A stretch of DNA of 64,000 nt, taken from Herpetosiphon llansteffanensis (GTDB lineage: Bacteria > Chloroflexota > Chloroflexia > Chloroflexales > Herpetosiphonaceae). Below the pieces are notes generated by a model. That model was not told the DNA's origin. It made no database searches and saw nothing but the letters and a program-made list of their open reading frames with translations. Every line of letters starts with the position of its first letter. Positions within the stretch are counted from its first letter, which is position 1. A program made the position numbers and the translations under genes. Where the stretch lies: positions 1 to 64,000 of the forward strand of contig NZ_PUBZ01000089.1 in the NCBI RefSeq assembly GCF_003205875.1, written 5' to 3'. Shown here piece after piece: positions 26,628 to 36,875 of this stretch.

Positions 26628-27922
26628 GTATCAGCGATATGGTGATTACAGGCGCGTATTTTGGGCGGGCGCGGTGGCGTTGGCGGCTGAATCGGCAGCG
26701 CTTGCGGGCTTTTCAAAATGCCAAGGCCCAGCAATTAATTCCATGGGTGGCTCAGCATTCGGCATTCTATCGCCAGCATTGGCATGGCCACGACCTGCGC
26801 GATTGGCGCAATTTGCCAACCGTCGATAAACGCTTGATGATGGCCAATTTCCGTGAATTCAATAGCTTGGAAGTGCCAGCAGCAGCGGCCTTCGATTTGG
26901 CGCAACAAGCAGAGCAAGAGCGTGATTTTGTGCCGCGCTTGGGCAATGTGACGGTTGGGCTTTCGTCGGGCACATCTGGCCATCGCGGCTTGTTTTTAAT
27001 AAGTGCTGCCGAGCAATTGTTTTGGGCTGGCACGCTGTTGGCGCGTACATTGCACCAAATCAAGCCAACCAAAATCGCCTTTTTCCTGCGTGCCAACAGC
27101 AATCTTTACCAACAATTGGGCGGGCGTTTGATTCAATTTCGCTATTTTGATTTGACTCAAGCGCTTGAGCCGCAACTTGAAATGCTTAATACGTACCAGC
27201 CAACAATTATCGTTGCGCCGCCTGCATTACTGCTGCAATTGCTCACGGCAGCGCAAAATGGTGAATTGAAGCATCGACCTGAGCGTATGATTAGCGTGGC
27301 CGATGCGTTGGCTCCAGATGAACAAGCGCAACTCAGCACGTTTTTTGGCATTCCAATCGAGCAAATCTATCAAGCAACCGAAGGTTTGCTCGCCATTTCG
27401 TGTGCGCACGGCAGTTTGCACATTCAAGAAGATTTGGTGGCGCTGGATTTTGAGGATTTGGGTCAAGACCGAGTTACACCGTATGTCACCGATTTGTGGC
27501 GACGCACCCAGCCGATTATTCGCTATCGCTTGAACGATGTGTTGCGCTTGAGTTCGCAGGCCTGCAGCTGCGGCAGCAGCTTCAAAGTAATTGAGCAAAT
27601 CGAGGGACGACGCGATGATATTTGCTACTTTACGGCCCATGGCCAGCGCCAAGCAATGTTCCCTGATAGCTTGCGCCGCGCCATTCTCCTAGCCCATCCA
27701 GCGATTCAAGAATATCAAATCATCCAGCCAGCAGACAACCAACTGCAAATTACGTTGACCGTGGCCAACGCAGTAGATCCTACAGTGGTTAGTACAGCAG
27801 TTGAGCAGCAGATTCAGCGCCAGCTAGCAGAATATGGTTGTAGCGATTATCATTTAAGCATCCATTTTGCAGCAATCGACTATGGTACGCTGAATAAACG
27901 GCGGCGTGTAATTCGCCAATGA
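26624..27922 (+). CDS. F390-synthetase/phenylacetate-CoA-ligase-like adenylate-forming enzyme
   Basis: ~430 aa PaaK/CapK-like. SSGTSGHRG P-loop-like motif and conserved YQATEG and RY..ND blocks. Confidence 0.6.
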   Translation: MSISDMVITGAYFGRARWRWRLNRQRLRAFQNAKAQQLIPWVAQHSAFYRQHWHGHDLRDWRNLPTVDKRLMMANFREFNSLEVPAAAAFDLAQQAEQERDFVPRLGNVTVGLSSGTSGHRGLFLISAAEQLFWAGTLLARTLHQIKPTKIAFFLRANSNLYQQLGGRLIQFRYFDLTQALEPQLEMLNTYQPTIIVAPPALLLQLLTAAQNGELKHRPERMISVADALAPDEQAQLSTFFGIPIEQIYQATEGLLAISCAHGSLHIQEDLVALDFEDLGQDRVTPYVTDLWRRTQPIIRYRLNDVLRLSSQACSCGSSFKVIEQIEGRRDDICYFTAHGQRQAMFPDSLRRAILLAHPAIQEYQIIQPADNQLQITLTVANAVDPTVVSTAVEQQIQRQLAEYGCSDYHLSIHFAAIDYGTLNKRRRVIRQ

Positions 27923-29172
27923 ACTATTGTATTTTGGCGCTTGGCTCGCGCGGCGATGTGCAGCCGTTTATCGCTTTGGCGCTTGGTTTGCAGGCTCAAG
28001 ACCATCAGGTTGTTATCGCCGCCGCCCACGATTATCGGGCGCTGGTCGAAGGCTATGGTTGCCGCTTTGCACCCTTGATTGGCTCGATTCAAGCCTTGCT
28101 TGACCCTGAGCAAATGGCAGCGGGCTTGGCAGCAGGTCGCGGTGCAATTATCAAGCAATTTTTGCAACAAACGCCGCCAATTATTCGCCAATTAATCGCC
28201 GATGCGCTGGCGGCCTGTCGTGATGCAGATTGTTTGATTGTGGCAAGTTTGGGCATCTGGCCAGCCTTACATCTCGCTGAGCATTTGCAAATTCCAGTGG
28301 TGGTGGTGCATATGCATCCGTATGGCGCTAGCAGCCAAACGGCGCATCATTTTATGCCCCAATTGACGTGGCCTGCCTATCGCCGCATGAGCTACCATTT
28401 GGCCGAACAGGTGCAATGGCAAGTGCTACGCATGGCCTTCAACCAAGCGCGGCAGCAGATTTTGCAACGGTCAAGTTTGAGCATTGGCCAACTTTGGCAA
28501 CGCAGTCGCCGGTTTCAGCCGCCAAGTTTGTATGCCTATAGCGCCTTGGTTGCGCCGCCGCCTGCAAATTGGCAGAACGCTGGCTCGATTACAGGCTATT
28601 GGATGCTCGAACCAGCATCACATTGGCAAGCTCCGGCAGCAGTGCGTGATTTTCTGGCAGCAGGCCCAGCGCCAATCGCCGTGAGTTTTGGCAGTATGAT
28701 TCATGGCCAACAGCGCGGTGCGGAATTAAGCCAATTGCTGATTGCAGCCAGCCAAAAAACCAACGTGCGCTTGATTATCAACCAAGGTTGGGGCGATTTG
28801 GGCCAAGGTCGGTTGCCAGCTAATTGCTTTGCAGCTAATGGCTTGGATTATGCTTGGCTGTTTGAGCGCGTTGCGGCGGTGGTGCATCATGGCGGCGCAG
28901 GCGTAAACGCAACCGCCTTGCACGCAGCCAAGCCTGCGTTGGTCACACCATTTTTGGGCGACCAATATTTTTGGGGCCAACGAATCTACGATTTAAAGGC
29001 TGGGCCAGCCCCTGTACCAGCCAATCGATTGCAGATCGATCGCTTGGCGCAGCTGTTACGCAGTCTGATTGAACGGACTGATTATCACCAAGCAGCCCAG
29101 CAGATCGCCAGCAAATTAGCCGCTGAGCATGGCGTACAGCAAGCCATCGACTGGCTACAGCAACGGTTTTGA
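27919..29172 (+). CDS. GT1-family glycosyltransferase (MGT/UDP-glucuronosyl-transferase-like)
   Basis: N-terminal GSRGDVQP motif and the C-terminal PSPG-like nucleotide-sugar motif VVHHGGAGVNATALHAAKPALVTPFLGDQYFW. Confidence 0.8.
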   Translation: MNYCILALGSRGDVQPFIALALGLQAQDHQVVIAAAHDYRALVEGYGCRFAPLIGSIQALLDPEQMAAGLAAGRGAIIKQFLQQTPPIIRQLIADALAACRDADCLIVASLGIWPALHLAEHLQIPVVVVHMHPYGASSQTAHHFMPQLTWPAYRRMSYHLAEQVQWQVLRMAFNQARQQILQRSSLSIGQLWQRSRRFQPPSLYAYSALVAPPPANWQNAGSITGYWMLEPASHWQAPAAVRDFLAAGPAPIAVSFGSMIHGQQRGAELSQLLIAASQKTNVRLIINQGWGDLGQGRLPANCFAANGLDYAWLFERVAAVVHHGGAGVNATALHAAKPALVTPFLGDQYFWGQRIYDLKAGPAPVPANRLQIDRLAQLLRSLIERTDYHQAAQQIASKLAAEHGVQQAIDWLQQRF

Positions 29173-29196
29173 ACTTTTTAATTACGAGGTAGTGTT

Positions 29197-30183
29197 ATGC
29201 AGTTTCCTCTGCGCATCGCCGGCATCGGCGCTTACGTTCCAGCAACCATCGTTACCACCAGCGACTTAGCCGAGCGCTTTGGGGTTGATCCGAGCATCAT
29301 TGAGCGCACCACCGGCATTACCGAGCGCCGTTATGCGGTGGAAGAAACTGCCTTGACGATGGCGGTTCAAGCCTCACAACAAGCGCTAGCCGATGCCAAG
29401 TACGAGCTTGATAGTATCGATTTGATTGTGGTGGCCGCTGCAGGCATGCATCAATACATTCCATGTACCGCTGCTTTGTTGCAAAAGGCTTTACAAGCGC
29501 CAGCTGGCCGGAGTGCATGTTTCGATTTAAATGCCACCTGTTTAAGTTTTCTGTTTGGCTTGCAATTGTTAGCACCCTTGATTGCCAGCGGAGTTTATAA
29601 GCGAGTGCTCTTGGTCAGCACCGAACGGGCTTCGGTTGCGCTCGATCCAAACGAATGGCAATCGACAGCCTTATTTGGTGATGCTGCTGCAGCCGTTATT
29701 TTAGAGCGTGGCGATGGCAGCAGCAGCCTAGAACATAGCCAATTTACAACATGGAGCAATGGCAGCGATTTGATTCAAATTCGCGGCGGTGGCTCAAACC
29801 AGCATCCCAACGCAGCTACTACCACGCCCGATATGAATTGGTTTTCGATGCAAGGGCCGTTAGCGTTTCGCTTTGTGTTCCGCGAGCTTCAGCAATTTGT
29901 AAAGCAATTTTTGGTCGATCTTGGCTGGCAAAACCACGAAGTCGATGCCTTGATTCCACATCAAGCCAACCGCCATGCCATTGAGCAAGTGCAAGTTCGC
30001 TTAGGCTTTACAGCGGATCAAGTGATTAGCAATTTTGCCAAACGTGGTAATTGTGTTGCTGCCTCAATTCCCTTGGCCTTGGCCGAAGCTGTCGCCGAGG
30101 GCCGCATTCAACGGGGCAATCGGCTGGTGTTGCTTGGCTCGGGTGCTGGCATTACTTTGGGCGTGGTGGCCTTGATTTACTAG
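29197..30183 (+). CDS. 3-oxoacyl-ACP synthase III (FabH-like, KAS III)
   Basis: Active-site Cys in CFDLNATCLSF, His (IPHQAN) and Asn (GNCVAAS), at FabH-family length. Confidence 0.8.
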   Translation: MQFPLRIAGIGAYVPATIVTTSDLAERFGVDPSIIERTTGITERRYAVEETALTMAVQASQQALADAKYELDSIDLIVVAAAGMHQYIPCTAALLQKALQAPAGRSACFDLNATCLSFLFGLQLLAPLIASGVYKRVLLVSTERASVALDPNEWQSTALFGDAAAAVILERGDGSSSLEHSQFTTWSNGSDLIQIRGGGSNQHPNAATTTPDMNWFSMQGPLAFRFVFRELQQFVKQFLVDLGWQNHEVDALIPHQANRHAIEQVQVRLGFTADQVISNFAKRGNCVAASIPLALAEAVAEGRIQRGNRLVLLGSGAGITLGVVALIY

Positions 30184-30192
30184 GAATTGGCG

Positions 30193-30939
30193 ATGGTTGT
30201 GTTGATTACTGGGGCTGGCACTGGCCTTGGTCAGGCGCTGGCGCTGGCCTTGGCCAAACGGGGTGCGACAATTATTTTGGTTGGTCGCCGCTCCGCAAAG
30301 TTGGCGCATAGTACTGGCTTGATTACCCAAGCAGGCGGCCAAGCTTGGCCAATTGTTTGCGATTTAAGCAATCAGCAGGCGGTGGAAGCACTCGCCAACC
30401 AGATTAAACAACGCTATCGGCAGCTCGATTTGGTCATTCATAATGCTGCAATCCTCGCTGGCGGAGCATTTGAACACCTGCCTGAAGAGCAAATTTTACC
30501 TGCAATTAATGCCAATTTAGTATCCCCAATTTGGCTTACCCGCCAACTCTTGCCCAAAGCAATCTTGATTGTTGGCAGCACCGTCAGCAGGGTTGCCATG
30601 CCCGGCGCAAGCCTGTATAGCCTGAGCAAAGCAGCGCTTGAGGCGTGGGCCTTGGCGCTCGCCGCCGAAACCACAATCAGGGTTGTGCGGGCCTATCCGC
30701 CTGCCAGCAAAACCGCCATGACTGCCGCCATGGCCAAACAAAGCGGCCACCGTTTTCCCCTAGCTGAGCCAAACCACGTAGGCGAGCACATTATTCGGCG
30801 CTACTTGGCTGGCGAAACCGAAATTATACTGAGTATCAATGATAAGTTAATTTTTTGGCTGCAACGCTACAGCCCAAAACTGCTCCAAGCGTTGCTCAAA
30901 CGCTTTCATCGACAATTGATCAAGCTTTGGAGCGCCTAG
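30193..30939 (+). CDS. Short-chain dehydrogenase/reductase
   Basis: VLITGAGTGLGQA Rossmann motif and YSLSKAA catalytic motif. ATG 30193 is chosen over the TTG at 30187. Confidence 0.8.
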   Translation: MVVLITGAGTGLGQALALALAKRGATIILVGRRSAKLAHSTGLITQAGGQAWPIVCDLSNQQAVEALANQIKQRYRQLDLVIHNAAILAGGAFEHLPEEQILPAINANLVSPIWLTRQLLPKAILIVGSTVSRVAMPGASLYSLSKAALEAWALALAAETTIRVVRAYPPASKTAMTAAMAKQSGHRFPLAEPNHVGEHIIRRYLAGETEIILSINDKLIFWLQRYSPKLLQALLKRFHRQLIKLWSA

Positions 30940-31011
30940 CCCAAGCAATTTGACAAACCCAACCCAGCCGACTACAATTGCCGCCTTGTTGATACTTAAT
31001 ATCAATAAATA

Positions 31012-32583
31012 ATGAAGAAAGGTTTGGCAATGCGGCGTTTTGGTGCTCAGCTTTCAGGGCTGATTCTGCTTCTCCATCTGTTAATCGCCTGTGGATCAAC
31101 CAGCGAAACAGCTCAAACAACAACATCGACGAATGCAACGACCGAGCAAACGGCCAATTCCAACGGCGTATTGCGAATTGGTACTGGTATCAATTTGCCA
31201 GTTGGCTTGGATGTAGCCCAAGGCTCAACTGGCTACAACATGGTGACCTATGGTGCAGGCGAAACCTTGATGCGCTTTACCGCCGATAATAAACTTGAGC
31301 CGTGGTTGGCCGAAAGCGTTAGCCCAATCGATGCCACGACGTGGCAAATTAAATTGCGCCAAGGCGTGCGCTTTCACGATGGCAGCGAACTTAAGGCCAG
31401 CGATGTGGTTACTTCATTCAATAGCAGCTGGCAAAACCTGAGTGCCGCCAAAAACTTCATTCCTGCAGATAGCAAAACCACAGTGATTGATGATTACACC
31501 CTCAACTTGAGCACCAGCCAAGCTGAAGGCAGCGTGCCCTATAGCCTTGCCAACTGGAATTTCGTCATTCACAAGCCTGCGGTCAATGGCGTTTCAGTTT
31601 TGACCGGCATGTATCAGCCAATCAGCCTCGAAAAAGACCAAGAATTGGTGCTCGAACGCTTTGCCAACTATTGGGATGGTCAGGCAGGCCTACAAAAAAT
31701 TAGCGTCAAGAAAATTCCCGATGCCAATGCCCGTTCTTTGGCCTTGCAAAGCGGCGATTTGGATATGTTGACCAACGTCGCGCCGGATCTGGCCAGCGGC
31801 CTACCAGCAGATATTGAGCTTCAGAGCGTTGCTGGCACGCGCATGCATTATGTTATGTTAGATAGTGCCTATCCGCCATTCGATGATCGTTTGGTGCGTC
31901 AAGCGCTGAGTTTAGCAATTGATCGCAAAGCCTTATTGCAAGCAACGCTTGATGGCCAAGGCGCAGTGGCAACCAACCTCTATCCAGCAAGTGTTGGGAT
32001 TGAACTGGTCGAAGCCCAAATCTTTGATCCAACCCAAGCTGCCACATTGCTTGACCAAGCAGGCTGGGTTGTGGGCAGCGATGGCATGCGCAGCAAAAAT
32101 GGCCAAGCGCTCGCCTTTACCCTGCACAGCTACCCGGGCCGGGCCGAACTAACCTTGATGGCAATCGCGATTCAAGCCCAATTGAAAGACCTTGGGATTG
32201 CCGTCGAAGTCAAGGAAGTAACCGATATTGGCGAAATCGTCGAAAAAGGCAACTTCAACGCCAGTATGTATTCAATCGGTACCTCGCCAGATCCCCAATA
32301 CACGGTTGGCACGACGCTGATCAAGGGTGCGGCCTACAACTACGCTGGCTATAGCAACCCAGCGATTGAAAGCGCCTTTGCAGAGCTACGCGCCGAGCAA
32401 GATCACGCCAAACGGATCGCGATTGCCAAGCAGATTCAAACCGAGGTCAAAAACGATCCGGTGAATGTGTATCTTGCCAGCCCACCGCTGATTACGGCCT
32501 ATCGCAAGGGCAGCCTCAGTGGCTATGTGCCCAATCCAAATGATGTCTATTTGATCACCAAGGAATTGAAACTCAATCAATGA
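31012..32583 (+). CDS. ABC transporter substrate-binding lipoprotein (family 5, peptide/nickel/opine type)
   Basis: Lipobox LLIACGS and SBP_bac_5 topology. Confidence 0.8.
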   Translation: MKKGLAMRRFGAQLSGLILLLHLLIACGSTSETAQTTTSTNATTEQTANSNGVLRIGTGINLPVGLDVAQGSTGYNMVTYGAGETLMRFTADNKLEPWLAESVSPIDATTWQIKLRQGVRFHDGSELKASDVVTSFNSSWQNLSAAKNFIPADSKTTVIDDYTLNLSTSQAEGSVPYSLANWNFVIHKPAVNGVSVLTGMYQPISLEKDQELVLERFANYWDGQAGLQKISVKKIPDANARSLALQSGDLDMLTNVAPDLASGLPADIELQSVAGTRMHYVMLDSAYPPFDDRLVRQALSLAIDRKALLQATLDGQGAVATNLYPASVGIELVEAQIFDPTQAATLLDQAGWVVGSDGMRSKNGQALAFTLHSYPGRAELTLMAIAIQAQLKDLGIAVEVKEVTDIGEIVEKGNFNASMYSIGTSPDPQYTVGTTLIKGAAYNYAGYSNPAIESAFAELRAEQDHAKRIAIAKQIQTEVKNDPVNVYLASPPLITAYRKGSLSGYVPNPNDVYLITKELKLNQ

Positions 32584-33530
32584 GTACGCTGATTCGCCAA
32601 ATTGCTGGGCGCTTGCTAAGCGGGCTGATCGTCCTATGGATGGTCAGCGTGCTGGCTTTTCTGATTATTCATGCAGCTCCAGGCGACCCAGCCCGAATGC
32701 TGTTGAATGCCAATGGCCTTGATGCACCGCCAGTCGAAGCGGTCGAGGCCAAACGCCGCGAGCTTGGCCTTGATCAGCCGTTGCTCAAGCAATATAGCAA
32801 TTGGATTGGCGGCATTGTGCAGGGCAATTTTGGCAACAGCTACCATTCGGGCAAGCCAGTTTGGCTACTGTATCGTGAGCGTCTGCCAGCAACCTTGCTG
32901 ATGGCAGGCTTGGCGTTGACGCTCTCGCTGGGCATTGCAATTCCCTTGGGCTTGCTCAGTGCAATCAAACGCCACAGTTTGTTGGATCATGCGGCGCAAC
33001 TGATAGCGGTCATCGGGGCGGCGATTCCTGGCTTTTGGATTGCCTTGGTGCTGATTTTAGTCTTTGCTGCCAAACTACGTTGGTTGCCAGCCTTGGGGAG
33101 CGCCACATTTAAAGGTATGTTGCTGCCAGCAATCATCTTGGCCTTGCCCAATATTGCCCTAACCTCGCGGCTCGTGCGCGCTACGACGCTCGATGTGCTA
33201 AATCAACAATACATCGTGACTGCGCGGGCCAAAGGTCGCTCGGAACATGGCTTGTTATTTGCCCATGCCTTGCCCAATGTTGCTGCCAGTTTGATCACCC
33301 CCATTAGCCTTGAAATAGCGTTTTTGCTCACAGGAACGGTGATTATCGAGCATGTTTTTGCCTATCCTGGGATTGGGCGCATGGCTGTTGAGGCAGCGTT
33401 AATTGGCGATATGCCAGTTTTGGGCTTGGCGGTGTTGATTGCAGGAGGAATCTATGTTATCGCTAACTGGTGCGCTGACCTCGGCATGGCAGCGCTTGAC
33501 CCACGGCTCCGCCAACATCGCCAAAGCTAA
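32580..33530 (+). CDS. ABC transporter permease (DppB/OppB-like)
   Basis: EAA-like motif and 6 TM helices. The start overlaps the SBP gene stop. Confidence 0.8.
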   Translation: MSTLIRQIAGRLLSGLIVLWMVSVLAFLIIHAAPGDPARMLLNANGLDAPPVEAVEAKRRELGLDQPLLKQYSNWIGGIVQGNFGNSYHSGKPVWLLYRERLPATLLMAGLALTLSLGIAIPLGLLSAIKRHSLLDHAAQLIAVIGAAIPGFWIALVLILVFAAKLRWLPALGSATFKGMLLPAIILALPNIALTSRLVRATTLDVLNQQYIVTARAKGRSEHGLLFAHALPNVAASLITPISLEIAFLLTGTVIIEHVFAYPGIGRMAVEAALIGDMPVLGLAVLIAGGIYVIANWCADLGMAALDPRLRQHRQS

Positions 33531-34362
33531 GCAGGATGATGAGCAACGCGCCAAGCAGCAGTTGAGCCGAATTGGTCGCGTGGCTGCTGGAATGTTGCTG
33601 CTCATGGTTGTGGCTGTCAGTATTGGGCCATTATTTTGGCAGGTCGATCCGCTGGCGCAACATATTGGGCAACGGTTGAATCCGCCCTCATTGAGCAATC
33701 CACTTGGCACCGATCAATTTGGGCGCGATGTTTTAGCCCGAATCTTGATTGGCGGACGTTGGTCGTTAGCGGGAGCGGCCTTGGTCTGTCTTGGCACAAG
33801 TTGTTTAGGCTTGGCAATTGGCGCATGCTGCGCCTTGGGGCCGCGTTGGTTGGATTATCTGCTGAGCCGCATGACCGAAACTTTGCAAGCAATTCCGGCA
33901 GTGTTATTGGCCTTGGCGCTGAGCGCGATTCTCTCACGCTCGTTTGGCAATTTGCTGCTGGCGTTGGTGCTGACCAATTGGACGTGGTATGCCCGCATGT
34001 ATCGGGCCTTGATCATGAAAGAATTGGCAATGCCCTATATCGAAGGTGCGCAGGTCATTGGAGTCAAGCCGCTGGCGATTCTAACCCGACATGTGCTGCC
34101 CAACCTCTTTGGTGCGCTTGTTGTGGTTGCTACGACCAATTTTGGCAGCGTGATTTTGAATCTCTCGGCGCTCTCGTTTATTGGCTTTGGCCTCAACCCA
34201 CCAACGCCTGAATGGGGCAATTTGATCAACGAATCGCGGACATTTTTTCAACGTGAGCCACGCCTGATGATCATTCCAGGCTTATGCATCGCCACAACTG
34301 TGCTTTGGATCAATCTCTTGGGCAATGCCCTGCGCGACCGCGTAGATCTTGATAAAACGTAG
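33439..34362 (+). CDS. ABC transporter permease (DppC/OppC-like)
   Basis: Typical DppC C-terminus. The start is uncertain and overlaps the previous gene by up to 90 nt. No ATPase gene follows. Confidence 0.7.
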   Translation: MQEESMLSLTGALTSAWQRLTHGSANIAKAKQDDEQRAKQQLSRIGRVAAGMLLLMVVAVSIGPLFWQVDPLAQHIGQRLNPPSLSNPLGTDQFGRDVLARILIGGRWSLAGAALVCLGTSCLGLAIGACCALGPRWLDYLLSRMTETLQAIPAVLLALALSAILSRSFGNLLLALVLTNWTWYARMYRALIMKELAMPYIEGAQVIGVKPLAILTRHVLPNLFGALVVVATTNFGSVILNLSALSFIGFGLNPPTPEWGNLINESRTFFQREPRLMIIPGLCIATTVLWINLLGNALRDRVDLDKT

Positions 34363-34364
34363 AG

Positions 34365-34850
34365 AGTGGGGGTTGGGGGTTGGGGATCGGGAGATCGATT
34401 TAACACAGAGAAATGATGGCTATTGGCTATGGGAGCAATAATCAAGCTAATCTGTGCAATCTGTGGCTAAAAATACTTATTCGTGCAATTCGTGCAATTC
34501 GTGGCTAAAAGTACCCTTTGTGAATCAAGCTTTTAACGCAGAGGCGCAGAGAAAGTATGGCTTTGGGCTATAGCAATAATTAATCTGAGCTAATCTGTGC
34601 AATCTGTGGCTAAAAATACTTATTCGTGCAATTCGTGCAATTCGTGGCTAAAAAAATAAAAGAACAGAGAACCTAATCCCAACAATCTGTGTCAATCTGT
34701 GGCAAAAAACTTCGTGTTCTTCGCGTCCTTCGCGGTTTCCGTCCTTCCTGCTTTCCCTGCTTCGTGTAACTTCGTGTACCTTCGTGGCTCAAAAACAAAC
34801 CCCCGCCACCAAAACGGTAGCGAGGGTTCGTAAGCCATAGTAAAAACCTT
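34365..34850. repeat. Mosaic intergenic repeat cluster
   Basis: Contains a ~65-bp direct repeat (taatctgtgcaatctgtggctaaaaatacttattcgtgcaattcgtgcaattcgtggctaaaa) at 34446-34510 and 34581-34650. Also carries the motifs shared with 1516-2130: ttttaacgcagaggcgcagagaaa, cttcgtg..cttcgcggtt, gggatcggg. Confidence 0.8.
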
Positions 34851-35909
34851 TTAGTCAAGATATGCTCGGAGGTGTTGGCCAACATTTGGTTGGCGCAAGT
34901 GGCGCATTGCTTCGGCCTCGATTTGGCGGGTGCGTTCGCGGGTAATCCCGAATTCGGCCCCGACTTCTTCGAGGGTACGGCGTTTGCCATCGGCCAAGCC
35001 ATAGCGCAACTGCAAGATTTGGCGTTCGCGGTCGGGCAATTGCGAAAGTGCATCGGCCAACTCATCGTGCAACATCATGCGCGTTGCTTGCTCGAGTGGC
35101 GCTTCATCGGTATCGTCGGCCAAAAACTCGCCAACCCGGCCTTGGCCTTCTTTGCCAATTGGTTGCTCAAGCGACACTGGCTGCACCGAAGCATTCAACA
35201 TGCGCTTGACCTTGCGCAAGCTTACGCCCAAGGCATCGGCCAACTCATCGGGAGTAGCCTCGCGTTGCAGAGCTTGTTCAAGCTGATACGCAACGCGGCG
35301 CATTTGCGCGATTGATTCGCTCAAGTGAACTGGCAAGCGAATGGTGCGGCTTTGCTCGGCAATTGCCCGCGTTACTGCTTGGCGAATCCACCATGTTGCA
35401 TAGGTTGAAAAACGATTGCCTTTGCGATAGTCGAACTTTTCGACAGCACGCATCAAGCCAATGTTGCCTTCTTGGATGAGATCCATGAACGACATATGAT
35501 TGCCAATATATTTTTTGGCGACGCTGACGACCAAGCGCAAATTGGCTTGAGTTAGTTTGCGGCGGCCTTCATTGCCATAATCAACGCGGCGTTCGAGGGC
35601 TTTACGCTCGTCCCACGTTGCGTATTGTTCGGTTTGCAACTGGAGCTCCGCCTTGCGCCCAGTTTCAATTTGTTTGGCGAGGGTAATTTCTTCCTCGGCG
35701 GTAAGCAGCTCGACCTCGCCGATTTCACGCAAATACATCTGGACTGAATCTTCGACAGCCTCGGAATAGAGCGTTTTCTTGCGGCGTAGGTTTACTATGG
35801 CTAATTCTGCGTCTTCATCATTAAAACCCGGCTCAAGCTCCCAGCCCTCAGGGGCATCTTCAAGCTCCGGTTGGTTTTTTGCTACATTCATCGTTTCATA
35901 CTTTGTCAT
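34851..35909 (-). CDS. rpoD: RNA polymerase primary sigma factor (sigma-70/RpoD family)
   Basis: Regions 1.2-4 are conserved (LIQEGNIGLMRAVEKFDYRKGNRFSTYATWWIRQAVTRAIAEQSRTIRLPVH; region 4 TLEEVGAEFGITRERTRQIEAEAMRHLR). ATG 35909 is the chosen start. Confidence 0.9.
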   Translation of the reverse strand: MTKYETMNVAKNQPELEDAPEGWELEPGFNDEDAELAIVNLRRKKTLYSEAVEDSVQMYLREIGEVELLTAEEEITLAKQIETGRKAELQLQTEQYATWDERKALERRVDYGNEGRRKLTQANLRLVVSVAKKYIGNHMSFMDLIQEGNIGLMRAVEKFDYRKGNRFSTYATWWIRQAVTRAIAEQSRTIRLPVHLSESIAQMRRVAYQLEQALQREATPDELADALGVSLRKVKRMLNASVQPVSLEQPIGKEGQGRVGEFLADDTDEAPLEQATRMMLHDELADALSQLPDRERQILQLRYGLADGKRRTLEEVGAEFGITRERTRQIEAEAMRHLRQPNVGQHLRAYLD

Positions 35910-36398
35910 CGTCCACGCTCGCTGGGCTACGCCCACTATGGCTCTCGCTGCTGGCGGCGCACGAAAGCTATCTATTGAACCCGCAGGATTCTTTCAATGT
36001 ACTACGTTACGTCTGGTAAGTTTGGATGTTTGCTGGATTGTGACGGGCCGCTTATCGTTTGGACTAGGCTAAGCAAAAACCACGCCACGAACTGTAATTC
36101 TTACAGTTACAGTATAACAAGTATAGTATAGCAAGAGATTCGTCAAGATCAATAAGCCAAAAGGGGTAGTTTATAGATGTTCAAAGTTTCTTCATAGGTT
36201 AGGAGTAAAGTGCTAGTGTACAATGGGACTATTGTATGCATTGGGGGATTTATCGAATTGTTAGGTATCAAAAAGTAGCTTGAAATGAGGTCAAATAATA
36301 GTTAAAAACTATTGCAAAGGGTATAGCTATCCGCTATAATGCGTTGCGGTCAAAACCGAGGTTCCTTGCCGCAACGCACCTCTGCGGTGATAAAACCA

Positions 36399-36581
36399 TT
36401 AGCGATCTTTGTACATGGTGCGAATATAGCGGGTGCTAACTTTCATTCGCTTCATTTGACCATTAACTTCAACCATAGCCCATTGGATATTTGGTTTCCA
36501 TGAGCGATTGGTACGGTTTTTAGCGTGGCTCACATTGTGGCCGAAGGAGCGCTTTTTCCCCGTCATTTGGCAAACTGCCAT
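36399..36581 (-). CDS. rpmB: 50S ribosomal protein L28
   Basis: MAVCQMTGKKRSFGHNVSHAKNRTNRSWKPNIQ... is the L28 signature. ATG 36581 has a GGAGG RBS. The ORF-track extension to 36668 is rejected. Confidence 0.85.
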   Translation of the reverse strand: MAVCQMTGKKRSFGHNVSHAKNRTNRSWKPNIQWAMVEVNGQMKRMKVSTRYIRTMYKDR

Positions 36582-36875
36582 GGGCGGACCTCCGTAGTTG
36601 AGACTTAAAAAGAGCCACCCTTGGTGGCTGTACCCGCTGACTATACCATAGGACGCGCTCTGATGCAACTTTTTAAATTATGCAAGTTTTCTGGTTGAAT
36701 GCATAGCAATCACGGCCAATTGAGCTTCAGATTAAAGCCAATTATGGCATATGCTAGCTCTTGCATAATCGAGTATCATACAGCAGTAGCGCGGTTTGTT
36801 CCGCGCTATTCTCATCAAAAAACGGACGCTCGTGAGCGCCGACCATCGAACCATCTAGTTGCGAGGACTGTTCGA

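Noticed and set aside
36699-36875. N-terminal extension of the asp23 ORF (start at 36699)
   Set aside because: The Asp23 domain begins after GTG 36876, which has a GAGGA RBS. The upstream part is the divergent rpmB/asp23 promoter-leader region.
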